Shown here: one piece after another, positions 26,821 through 38,739 of the stretch
Layout of the letters: each line of letters starts with the position of its first letter
Position numbering within the stretch: the first letter of the stretch is position 1
DNA from: Camelus dromedarius
Taxonomy: Eukaryota
Assembly (NCBI RefSeq): GCF_036321535.1
Contig: NC_087436.1
Location: 108,626,001-108,690,000 of the forward strand
Length of the DNA: 64,000 nucleotides
Direction of reading: 5' to 3'
The notes under the pieces: generated by a model
What the model saw: the letters and a program-made list of their open reading frames with translations, nothing else
Databases searched by the model: none
Told to the model about the DNA's origin: nothing
Made by a program: the position numbers and the translations under genes

Positions 26821-27399
26821 TCATTTACCTGAAAAAATCTAGCAATGCCTGGCACATATCAGGCTTCCAAAAAACATTGGCTCTACTTTCTTATTCTACT
26901 CTGTATTAAAAAAACAAGTACAAAATAAAACATACTTTTAAAAAACATTGCTTATCTCTATGTAACAATCCACTGTATTATTTTATTTTAATGGAATTAG
27001 TTAAATAAGAATCTCTTCCCACATTAGGTAAATCTGAGGATGACAGAGACTGCTGTGCTGTTACAGGTCAAGATAACTTTCTTTCCTGACAATCTGGCTC
27101 ATTCTTGGTGCTTAGAACACCTCCAGTAAGTGCTTACTAATCTCTACAATGTAAACAGAATACAGAAATACATTGACTGTTCCTCCAGGTAGCCTAATAA
27201 AGCCTTTAAACATGGGGCATGAGCTGAATCAATTTGTCTAGATAGTACATTCTCCATGGTTATTATACACTTATGTCATTTAGAACTCCGATTTCTCCTC
27301 TTAGGGAAAATTCTTGCCCTCTCTCCTTTCTAGGGCCATGATATATATATATATATCTTTTTTATTTTCTCCCCAACAAAATTGTAGCATTGTGAGGTC

Positions 27400-27700
27400 A
27401 CATTCTGACCCTTCTTTTAGAATCAAAGGGAAACCTTTGAGGCTGTTCCCATCTCACAGGTGTGGAAACTGAGACCTAGAACAGTCCAAAGATACGTCCA
27501 GAGGAGGGAGGCAGAGAATGGAGATTGATGTTGACTGAGCATGCGGCCTGACCCAGCGTTGTGCTGGTTGCTTGTACTTGGGTCATCTCATCTGATCCTT
27601 TCACCTGCATCCCCAGAAAGTTAGGTATTTGTGTGTATTTTATAGATAAGGGCATAGCAGCTACCAGGCAGGTCTAACACCAAACCCAGTTCTCCTGATG
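27400..27700 (-). mobile_element. MIR fragments (two adjacent pieces)
   Basis: cccatctcacaggtgtggaaactgagacctaga and catctcatctgatcctttc...attttatagataagggca. Confidence 0.5.
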
Positions 27701-28393
27701 CGCACTTCCTCTGCTTCATGCTGATTTCATCATGGAAGCTGTTGGCCGCCAAATTCGCAGTGTTTCATTTAGATAAATTTTATTTGCCTCCCAGATATGT
27801 ATACATGCTGTCTCCTTATGTTCCCATGTTTTCTCTTAAGTTGTTTTCCTGTAAGTTACTGTGCAGACCAAAAAGCTAGTTTCTTGTCGTCATCAAAAGA
27901 TCATTTCTGGCTTCTTTGCATTTCCCTAGGATGAGTTCCTAACTGATTGCAACACAACTGTGGTCAGCAGCAAATAGAGTACAGGGAGTGAAATTATATT
28001 TGTGTATTTGTGTTTGTAATTCCTGGATGTGGGGTTTTTGACATATGAACAGTTGCTTATTTGAGAAGGCCCTTCTTCTGGCTTGCTTGCTCCATAATCC
28101 AAATTCAATTACTTTAATTTGAAATTGCTTTGCATGGTTAGTCTTTGGAAATATGAAGTTAATCTTTTAAGTCTGAGCCTGCCTCAGGAATCTGTGGTAG
28201 AATACATCCTTGAGCGAGGAAAGTGGAGAGGGTGCATATCATGATTGCTGAGTCCAGCTAATGAGCCAGTTTTTCATGAAATTTACAGACCAAAAGAGAA
28301 GGCCAATAAAACCATTTACTTTCACCAAGAGCCAACAGTCTATCTGGAACATGCCAGATACTCATTTACAGTATCTGAAATCCTCACTAGACA

Positions 28394-28439
28394 ATATCCA
28401 TCCCACTATTTTATATCCATCCCACTATTTTATATCCAT
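28394..28439. repeat. Perfect 19-bp tandem duplication (2.4 copies of atatccatcccactatttt)
   Basis: Copies at 28394-28412 and 28413-28431, partial copy at 28432-28439. Confidence 0.95.
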
Positions 28440-29621
28440 AGACATTCATATACATCATCAGAAATCTTTGCTAAAAAATTATAGGGTTGAAGCTAAAAGA
28501 GTATTGAGGATTAAAGGTTGAAGAGAAGAGCTGAGAAAATAAAGATATGTAGAACTTTGGTCCAGTTTTATATGGTGGTTTTTATGTTCTTCAAAACTCA
28601 TGTCCACTTCGAGTAAAAAATCGCATTTGTCTTATCACATAAGGAAACTTAATCATAATAAGACAGGTGAAAGGGAAATATATGTTATTTGCAAAAAAGT
28701 CCATATGTTTTTGGACAAGGCATTTGAAAAGCTCTCTAGTCATTTCCATCCACACCCTTGTAGTCCTCTTTTTGAATTTTCAGATGTCTGAGGTCTCATT
28801 CATTAGTCCTCAGTCCCTTCAAATTTTGATTTGGTCAAGGCTAAGCTGAAGTGCAGATTGTATGCTGTTTTTTTTTTAACTTGTTTTTCATATATGTCCT
28901 GCCTAAAGCAGCATTACAGTAAAGAAGGGTATGGTTATACTGTGAAAATACTGCTTTGATTTTAGGTCTGAGACAATTTTTAAAAGCTCAATGGTAGGTA
29001 GAAACCAAGATACACTTTTAAAATGTGACTATTTTCCCTCCTGTAAGAGGATCAGCTGCAATGTTTTGATAGTGAATTTGTCTTCAAAACCCAACAAAGA
29101 AACCCAAATCCCCTAAGTCCTGAAGCCCCACATCAATATTCGTTTTTAATTAATTTTAATCCTTGCTGGAAGATAGCCAGTTTGACCTTGTTCCCCTTAA
29201 AGTGTTCATGGCAAGTGGCCACTAGAGGAAAGTGTGACAGAGGAAAGTCTGCCTCTTATTATGGGAACACCAAATGTTTCAAAATCAGAAAATGGGAAAG
29301 CATGTGACTTCAGTGTCAGTGGAGAAAATCGGCCTTCCTTTGAGTGGCTCACCTTCGCTTTTCCAGCAAGCCTTCAGAACACTGCGCTGACAGGCTGCTT
29401 CCTGTGCTCATCAGTCTATTCATTCATTAAATGGGCGCTTATTGAGTATCCAAAATCATGCTAAACATCAGGCATATAAAGATGAATAACAAACGGAAGT
29501 ACCACTCCCAGGAGTTCACAGTCTGCTAGTGAAAGCAGTCATGGAAATAAGAGCCATGAAATGTTCCTCTCCATTGTATCAACTATTACCTTAAGACTTG
29601 CTGGGGTGTTTTTTTCCCCCC

Positions 29622-29757
29622 TTTTTTTGGGGGGGTGTTAATTAGGTTTGTTTGTTTGTTTATTTATTTATTTTTATTGATTTTTTTTAATGGAGGTCCT
29701 GGGGATTGAACCTAGGATGTGCATGATAAGCATGTGCTCTATCACTATCCCCTCCCC
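29622..29757 (-). mobile_element. tRNA-derived SINE, camelid vic-1-like
   Basis: Minus strand reads GGGGAGGGGATAGTGATAGAGCACATGCTTATCATGCACATCCTAGGTTCAATCCCCAGGACCTCC, then (A/AAAT/AAAC)n, then AAACCTAATTAACACCCCCCC and an A tail. B box GGTTCAATCCC at 29702-29712. Confidence 0.85.
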
Positions 29758-31409
29758 ACCCGTTTCCTTAAAAGAGAAGTTATAATAACCTGAAATTGTC
29801 CAGTTTATTTTGTCTCTCCTTTTAGAATGTGGGTTCTTTGAAGGCAGGGATCTGACATACAGTAGGCACTCAAAAGAAAGGGTTTAAAAACTGAATAGTG
29901 TAGAACAGAGTACTGGGTTCTTATAGGGGATTCCAGGGCCCAGAAGTGATGTCTGTTTATGGCTACAAAAGATTTTCTGCCTCTCTCTCCTGAAGCCCGT
30001 TTCTGCAGATATGTCTGCCCCATGTCTGCCACTTTTGGCTTCCCTCTCAGTCTTGTACAGTCGGCAAAACTGCGTCCATTCACCCACGCAAACTCGGGGA
30101 TGATAGCCCGGGGAATTCACGGGGGCCTCTGCATGCTGCAGCCTTTCCCATTTTGGACCACTGAGCCCATGGGTACATTGTAAATGAGCTGGGACACTGA
30201 GCTCAAACTGGAGATTTATGATTTTGAATCTCAGCTTTTCTGCTTACTGGAGTGAGCAAGTTGGCAATCTCCGACTCAGACTTCTAGGCAAATTGAAGAG
30301 TTAATAGCACTTGCCTTGCAAAGCTGATGTTTGTAAAATGCTTGCCATTTAATGTGCATTGGTTGATCTGCATTTGTGCAGCAAATGTTTATAGATTATC
30401 AACCCATTTTCCGAGAGTTTCATGCCTGATAAGTCATTCTTCCAACTGTGTGGTAGGACTCTGACTTTAGAAATTTTACTTCCCACTTTGCCATCACCTA
30501 ATATTAGTGAAGGCGTTCAAAGCCCTTCAGTGGATGGTGAAGTGAGCAGTATTTGTGTCTCTGACTTGGATGCTCTGGGAAAGCAGGAGAAGGAGGCCCG
30601 TCTAAAAGTCCCGGCCCTGAGGGACTGTTGGCAGTGCTTCCTGCGTGAGTCATCGATAGCCCTGCAGCTGTGGCATCTCTGAATTCCCCAAGCACCAAAG
30701 GTGAAAAAGAAAAAAAGCAAAGGATAATGGAATCTTTGGGGTAAATTTAATGACAATCTAAGAAGAGTCTTTTATCGTGGCAGATGTGGGAAGCATTTCT
30801 TTTGTTTGCTTTCAGGGCTGCTTTGTAAAACTAATTGTGGCAGAAGCACAGTGGAAGTAATTAATGAGAAAGAGCAAGCTAAATGGGGACTCTAATTCTA
30901 TCCATTTGAGGCCATTAATTTGAACTAATTTGTTATAAAAAATCCAAACTGAAGGCTTTCTGGGTCTTCATCATTTCCTGCCAAGCTTGTTAACTTCCTC
31001 GGGAGGCAGTGAAGGGCGACTTTATTGATCTACTATTTGCAAAGATTTGTCTCAAGCAAAGACCATGTTACAGTGAATCTAGCAACTTCTCAGTTAAGTA
31101 TTTTATTTTTAAAAGTAGACATGAAACAACTCACGTAGCAGTTTTTAAGACTCCTTTTGCTTCCAGTGCCAAGAGATATGCTTGATGCTTTATACATTTT
31201 TCAACAAACATAGAACACAAACCTGGGCTTATCTTTTCCTTCTCAACTTATATCCTGTTGTTAAGAAGTTAGTATTTTCATCTGGCCCAGTTTGTGAAGG
31301 TCATCTATCTCCAAGTGCATTTATTCCCAACGTAGCATTTATGCTTTCCATATCCTTTGCCAGGCTGAGGATAAAATACAATAAAGAAAGAAATAAGACT
31401 AAGGTTCAA

Positions 31410-31560
31410 GAGGCCCGTACCTCCAACACCTGCTCTAGGATATTGGGCAGGTTAATTAAAATCTCTGATCCTCAATTTCCTCCTAGAATTGTGCAAATTA
31501 AATATACAGTATATATAAAAAGGCATAGCATATGTAAGATAATATATGCAAAAAGCATAG
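31410..31560 (+). mobile_element. MIR SINE remnant
   Basis: ttgggcaggttaattaaaatctctgatcctcaatttcctc...aagataatatatgcaaaaagcatagcata. Confidence 0.55.
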
Positions 31561-31584
31561 CATATGTAACAGAGTACAAGTGAA

Positions 31585-32058
31585 AGGTCCAGCCCAGTGT
31601 ATCCCAAGCAGATCCTGAGACAAGGATTCTGGGCAAGTGGTTTACTCAGGGAGTGCTCCCAGGAGAAGGGAGGAAGGGAGGAGAGGAGAGGAAGAACCAA
31701 GCAAAGGCATGGTTTCAGGCAAAGTCCCAACCTTAGCACGATCCTGCAGAGAGGATCTCTGTTGTGCAAATCGTTCTTCAGGGTTTGCCATGACTTATGG
31801 CCAAAATGCTGGGCCTTCTTCCTCCCTCACTAACCAATTTGGCTTAGGGTAACAGTGGGGCCATAGACCTAAGGCATTTCCCATTCTCTGCCCCTGTGGA
31901 CACAGGGACTTCAGCAACCCAAGGGCCATCCAGCCAAGCTGAGTCACAGATGCAGGCCGTTAGAGGGAGCAAAAGCTGACTGAAGCAGCCAAAGGCTGTA
32001 AAAGCTGGTGACGGGGACCCCAGGGGATGCAGGCAGAGCATCAGTGGTGTCCACTGCA
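31585..32058 (-). mobile_element. ERVL solo LTR (LTR33/LTR16-like)
   Basis: aagcagatcctgagacaaggattctgggcaagtggtttactcagggagtgctcccagg...catcagtggtgtccactgca. Confidence 0.75.
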
Positions 32059-34854
32059 ATAATACATTGGGGAGTCTCAGTAACCGCTCGTTCTCCTCTC
32101 TTCCTTTTCCTAAAGTTTCCACTTCTGCCGTCTATACCAGCCTCCCAGTTAACGGAGGCTTGAGGTCAGAGATTGTATTTTTTTTTTTTTTTGGTTTTCC
32201 AATGACTGTGCATCACCACCAATGAGAATTTGCTGGGCCCACAGAATCTGAACATGACTCATAACTTGTGAAACTCAGGTCATTATGCATTTCTGGTTGC
32301 TGTAAATCTCAGAGCCGCAGAGATAGAAGGCAGAGATTGCTATTGCTCATTGGTAGTTGCTACAGAGCACATGGCAGTTTCAACCACTCTGCTTTTTTAT
32401 TTGAATGATTAGTGAAATGTCATATTTCAACCTCAAAATGGTTTTTGATACATATTAAAATTAGCTTCGACAACTGCAGGCAAAGTAAAGGGTTCACTAT
32501 TTAAGAAACCAGACAAATTCAACAGAGAGGCAACTATTCTTCTGTGTATTAAAGATGAGAACAGGAACCAACTAACCACTGAGATAAGAAAGGAAGCTTG
32601 ATGCTGTCACACAAAACATTGTATCTGAGAAACTTCCAGAAACCATCAGCCCGGATTCATGTCCATTAAAAGCAAAATTAATTGAGAGCCAGGATAAGAG
32701 AAGGGACTTGCTTTGGGCCGTTGTGGGGTTGTCCTATTGATCATGCTGGACTGTAATGTGCTGTTCCTGGATCTCATGGAGGCTTCCCCTTTCAGGCTCT
32801 GCAACTGATAGTGAGAAAGAACCGTTCACTGATCCTTACCACAGGGTGCGGGGCAGCTGTGAGGCTCTCCAGATGTGACCCGGGTCTGAGGCGCCATTTT
32901 GCCTGACTCCAATAGCTGTAACTCGGGGGGAAAGGAAATATTTCCCCAAGCTGTGTTTACTAGGCTGAGTTTTAGAAAGTGACATTTACTTTTAATTCAT
33001 TCAGTAACTCTTTTGTCTGGCATGTAATCTCCCTAAATGCTGAGGATAACAGATGGAACTTACGCTGTGCCTTGAAAACTAATGTGTCCCCTCCACGGGG
33101 GATGGAGAGAGGAAAACCAGCACTGTAACAAAAGATGTCCAAGGCTGCCCCAGCCACCCAGAACTCAACTTTGAGAAGCATCACAGGCTACCATGCTCAG
33201 GAAACCCAGGGTAAAGACAGAGAGACCCCTTGGTCTTAGGGCATTAGAGACAGTGGCTGAAGCTTAAGGCCATTCTAATTTTACTCACTCTGCATTTGCA
33301 GCATAGAGTGCACAGAGAGCCCAGAGAGAACGTCCTCCACACAGCTTGTGTTATCAAAGAGCCAAATTGTATCCATCCAGGACAGCTAAAGCCTCCAGGC
33401 TGATCTGGTTTTAATACTGATCGTTAAACGAATACAAGTGAGTCTCCTGATGAAGCTTTAGGGTGATACGTAATTGGGTTTGGTTCTGTTCCGTGCCAGA
33501 ACTCTAGGGTTCGGGAAAGGACTCTTTTTATAAGTGTGAATTGGATCGTAGGGATGATCTGGGGAAGAATTTTCCTCTTTCTCGCCTGCCAACTGGTTAG
33601 ATTTTATATGGAAGACATAGATTCCTTTTTTTTTTTTTTTTTTTTTTGCTATGGCCCTCTGCAAATATTTAAAATATCAATTACCTGGAAAAACAAATGG
33701 AATTATATTTATCAGATAATTATGTGTTTATGACACTTGCCATACAAGGCAAATTTATTTTTGCCATAAATTCATTAGCTTTTGCCAGAAAAACCGTATA
33801 TCGTTTCCTTCAGAGCCTACACAACTGAATAAATCAATATTTTTCATCTGTAGTAGTTTCTGCATAAGCTGAATGCCTGCCTATTGCTTTAAAGTTTGCC
33901 ACCAGAAGCAGTTTTCCCAAATTACTATAAAATTCCACATTGACCCAGTATTTAAATCAGATGTTTGTTTCAAGATGTTTTTCTTTTTGTAGAAGGATTC
34001 CATATAGAACGTCTATAATAATGACCCCCAATGATTTATTCATTCAGTACATTTTTATTGAGTACATACCATACCTGATACATGTTTGATGCTAATATTT
34101 TGGGGGTTTTCTCTATTCTATACTAATGCCTCCCCATGTTTCATTCTCTTTTCTATTTCAATTTTTACTTAGAAGAATCTCAGCTTTAAAGATGGAGAAA
34201 AATCTAAAAGTCAGGTGGGGAAATAGCACAAAGACTGTGCCTCTAGAGCCAAGATATTGTCTGCCAATGGATATTAACTAAAGGTTTTCTTTTGTTCCTA
34301 AAGGAATGAGTTCTCAGTGAACACAGCTCTGCTAGATTTTTGAAGAGTTTACTTATTAATGATGGTCAAAACCTTAAACCCAGTGGCTATTCCCTGTGAA
34401 TGGAAAAACCTATGGGGAACTTTCTACACTTGCATCAGAAGTCAACTGTAAAATTTACCAAGAATAAACAGGTTTCATACTTGCTGAGTGGAGGTCAGGA
34501 GACACTTCAGAAGAAGACGGAAAGGGAGGAGTTCGCATTAAGAATGTGTCAAAGCCTACTTGTAGGAAATTTAAGATCTTAAGAGTTAGAAGAAATGGAA
34601 ATCTCTTCTGGGTTAACATTTATTTTCTTTATTTTTAAAAATTATTATTAGTACAACACTTTCTTTAAAGGAAGCATCCTAAATGTTCAGTATGTAAATC
34701 AGGTAAAAAAAAAAAAAAAGCGAGCTTCCCCAATTCAAGGAGGAGAGGTTAGGGAAGGAAGGTGTGCAGTCCAGGCAGCCTTTCTAATCGGCCTCAGTTC
34801 TCCCTAACAGGTGGGTAAGTGGGGCTCTGGGAACCTGTTTGCTCAAAGCCTCAC

Positions 34855-34980
34855 CTAAAGCAAAATCTCTAAGCAGCATCATTGGTGAGTTGTTATTCAA
34901 CTTCCGTCTGATTACATCTAATGACAAGGAACTCATTGCTTCACAAGGAAGCCTATTTCATCTTTCCACAGCTCTAAGAT
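34855..34980 (-). mobile_element. L3/CR1 3' fragment
   Basis: tctaatgacaaggaactcattgcttcacaaggaagcctatttcatctttccacagctctaa. Confidence 0.55.
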
Positions 34981-35674
34981 ACTTACATAGGTTTCCTGAA
35001 CTATCATTAATTACAGATCATGAGTCCAGGAGAGATTTTCAATACAAATTGGATCAGAAATCATTTTAGACTATGTTTATTCATTGTCGGCTCAGAGAGC
35101 TGACGAAAATTTCAAGCATGAGGCAGCAATTTCCTTTTCAGGATCTTTTGGGCTCCCTAAAAGAGGCTCAGGGCGTTCTCCATGGAGAGTCTCTGCAAAG
35201 AAATGTACCCCTTGAATAGCATCAAGTATGCCAGATTCAAACTCAAGGAAATGTTTATTCTGAGTCATAAGTCCTTTGAAAAAGCTTAGTGTTAGAGGAG
35301 TTATAATGAAAATGCCAATAATAGACCCTTAGCAAGCAAACCTGGTCAGAAACTTTGTTCAAAAGGAGAGAACATCCAAATGCAATGTTTGTATGTCCTC
35401 CCGCTCTCCAGACAACAGCACCGTTGAGTATTGACTGTTCTCAGCCCTTAAGCCCAGCACAAACACAAACACAAAACACTCCCTGTCAAACAGAAGCCAC
35501 TCTGATAGGCTCAGATAAGAAAGACACAGGAAAAGCTTTCTTTTTTCTTTGTTTCTTTGAGAAGCTCTATGGGAAGGAGCTCCGAAGTGCCTAGAAGACC
35601 AGGGAGACACAGAATAGAAGGACTGTTTGGAATTTTCCTGCTGTCTCTCGTCTGCCACATCTTGACATGAGGGC

Positions 35675-35901
35675 TTTGGGAAAGTGTTTTCTGTGTGCTA
35701 CGTGGAGAAGGTCCAGTGGCTTTGCTGCCTGTTTCAGTAAACAGTTTCTTTGGAACACAACCACATCATTCTTTTATGTATTATCTTTTGCTGCTTTCCA
35801 GCTACAATGGCATGATTGAGTAATTGCAGCTGACACCTTACAGACCAGAATGCCTAAGATATTTTGTCTGGCGCTTTATAGAAAAAGTTTGCTGATCTCT
35901 G
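35675..35901. mobile_element. hAT-Charlie MITE (MER58A-like)
   Basis: gtaaacagtttctttggaacacaaccacatcattc...tgagtaattgcagctgacacc...ctttatagaaaaagtttgctgatctctg. Confidence 0.8.
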
Positions 35902-36309
35902 CTTTAGAAGTGTTTATAAAGAGAATTCGACATAAGACAAAAAACTAGAGTAGTAGAATCCGCCAGAGGGACTAGACTACCCACCATTTAGGTCTGTGTA
36001 ACATTAACTCGTTAAGTGATCCTAAAGATGGTTTAGATCAAGGCTTTTCATCTAAGGAAAATGAAGCCAAGAGCAGGGATCGCATGAGCTGTAGAGTCAA
36101 TGGGAGGTAGATTGCCCAGCAGAGAAGAGCCTTCTTTGCCTGAATCACAGCAAAAAGACACAACTTCGTATCCCATAGGTCAAAACTCAGTCAGAAATTT
36201 GAATTTTAGAGAATATAACTCTGTAACAGCAGTTAGTCTATGTTCAGTTTATTGATTAGAACTCACAGCAGAAAAGCAAAGGATGGTAATAGAACGACAG
36301 AAGCAACAG

Positions 36310-36490
36310 AAAAGTAGAAATTGATTCTGAGCTTTGCCACTTGCTATGATTTATAAATTATGTTCTCTATAAGCTTCAATTCATCATCTGTAAAATGAGT
36401 ATTATAATAATAGACCTACTGTTGCTGAGGATTCAGACATAATAAATGAAAGATGTCTGGCACAGAGAAAGGATTCAATAAATCTCAAAA
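36310..36490 (+). mobile_element. MIR SINE
   Basis: gctttgccacttgct...tcatctgtaaaatgagtattataataatagacctactgttgctgaggatt. Confidence 0.7.
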
Positions 36491-36504
36491 ATTTAACAAA
36501 TACA

Positions 36505-36895
36505 TGTCTTAGTTAAGGCTCCCCTCTCCCTCCTGCTGAAATCAGTTGCCAAGACAAGCATTTTGGTGCAAGGAGTTCGTTTGGGAAGTGACCCCAGGAA
36601 TCCATCTGAATGAGAAAGCCAGGCAAGAATAGAAGGAAAGGTTAAAAAAGGGCAAATCAAATCAGCTGTGTGGGGGGCTCAGTCTCATGGAGAACCTTTT
36701 AGAGACCCTTAGAGACCATGTGGAACTGCCCAGTGGGACCAGGGCTGCTGCTTGGTTGTTGGGTGAAGGTTGCTGCCATGCCATTACCTCCCTGGTAGGC
36801 ATATTTCTGGGCTCAGGGAGCACCCTCAGGCAGCTATAGTGTCCTCCAAGATAGGTCAAGCGGATATGGCTAAGACAGCCACTGTGTTTGCTACA
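36505..36895 (-). mobile_element. ERVL solo LTR (LTR33-like)
   Basis: tgtcttagtt...agacaagcattttggtgcaaggagttcgtttgggaagtgaccccaggaa...tgtgtttgctaca. Confidence 0.65.
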
Positions 36896-38739
36896 GTAAA
36901 CAAACAAATAATACTGGAGTCCCTTTTATCCTACTTCAATTACACAAATTCTAATCAATAAACACTTCAATCTAGTAACAATTATTAACTATGCATTTTA
37001 TTGTGCTTCTGAAGTAGTCACATTTATTATTACACAAATGTATGTAAATTATATAATATATAATTTATTATTAATGTTATTGTAAGTAAAAATGATCTTG
37101 ATAAAAGCAAACTATCAAAGTCCTGAAATCTTCCAGTAGACAAACCATTTGTTAAGTCAGTCAATTCATGTGTGGCTCGACTAAGAATGAGAAACAAGAC
37201 TGTTAAATGCTTTGTGTATTAGATGAAGTCTCCCACTGAAACATTAAAAAATAAAGTTCAAGTTTTACTTCTATGGAAAGAACTCAGTAATGAGTGTTTT
37301 GGACACAGAAGTTGTGTAAACTATTGAAACTAAAATCTTTTATGTAATAGGAATTCAAGTAAAACAACAATAAGAGAATTCAAAGAAAGTCATTGTTTTG
37401 ACATTACATCCAGTTTGAGGCCTCTATGTGTTTAAAGGTTCCCACATCAGCGTAAAAGCATGAAGACCAACCTGGGGAGGGGTCGGCCACTCGTGTTCCC
37501 TAAGGATGCTCACCAACCAGCGCAATTAGGTACACTTCTGACAGCAACCTCCCTGAAGGAGTCCAGGGGCCTCTAACGGTGGAGACCCAGGGAGCAGGAA
37601 CTAGATTCAAGAGTTTCTCTCCAATGTGCTTGTCCATGGTTAGTCTACCTCCGCCTTTACAGGGCAGGAAAGCGTTTCAACCCACCCAACTAGCCATAAA
37701 AACCTCTCTCTCTCTCCCCTTCAGAACCCTAAGATGATTTTCAAGTGCAACTTTAGCCTCGTCCTATTTTGACTGGGTTATCTAAGAGTCTGTAACTTAG
37801 AATTTAGAGCAAAATGGAACAGATGGGCAGTGGGACATGGGAGAAACTCGCACTAGTGCATTGTGGAAAGTGTCCTACGTGTTCCAGATATTATCACATT
37901 TAGTTCTCAAAACAATCCTCGGAGGTAGGAAGTGATCTAATAAATTTACCCTCAGTAAGCCGATCATTTAAAAAAAGTTACGTGAGAGTCCCTCACCGTC
38001 TGTGTGCCCCAGGGCAGACTCCTTAAGATCCCTCCACTGTCTTCACTTCAACATAAAACTTATCCTCATCTTAGAGAGAAGACAATCTAATAGAATAATT
38101 TAACTAAAACCTGGGCTTCTCTTGGAAAGGCATTTTACATTTTAAAGGTATAGGTAATTAAGTCAAATCTATTCTTGGAAGAATGTCTGTGACTTAAGGT
38201 GGGAGCATGTTTTAAAACCAAGAACTAAAAAGGGCAGAACCATTTCAGAAAGGCCGTCAACCCCTCTATTAGCTCAGCTCATTGTTACTACCTGTAAAGC
38301 TTCTCTGGGCATATGATTATTTTTCTAGTATCTAATTTCATTTATAGCCATTTACTTATTTTTTAACATTTGGCAGAACTGGAGACCTCTGAGTCTATGC
38401 TTCACTAACCCTCTGGATTGGTTAATACCTCTGCCATACAGGGTACTAACATCTTCTGTATCACCCATTAATTAACACAGGAGACGCTTCTGCACATTCG
38501 TAAGAGAAATGTATACTGAGAAATGGTGACTGCTGTAGCAGCACGGAGGAAGCCATGGCCTGAAAAAAGATTTTTCTAACTTCTTTTACCTCAAGTCATA
38601 GTAATAAGTACATTTTACAAGGAGATGCATAAATCTACGTATTTGTCTATGTTTTCATATAACTAACACAAGTTTTAAAAACCAATATTTACCCTTGCTA
38701 TGTGCAAGACACTCTCATATTTTCTCCCTTTATCTATCA

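Noticed and set aside
29217..29235. CTCF-like motif tggccactagaggaaagtg (also ccgccagagggact at 35960-35973)
   Set aside because: Both deviate in the conserved GGC part of the core, and there is no supporting context.
29690..29757. tRNA gene
   Set aside because: The A-box/D-arm is deleted and the head continues into a SINE tail, so it is a SINE.
32891..32900. YY1-like gcgccatttt as a promoter sign
   Set aside because: An isolated motif with no CpG island or other promoter evidence.
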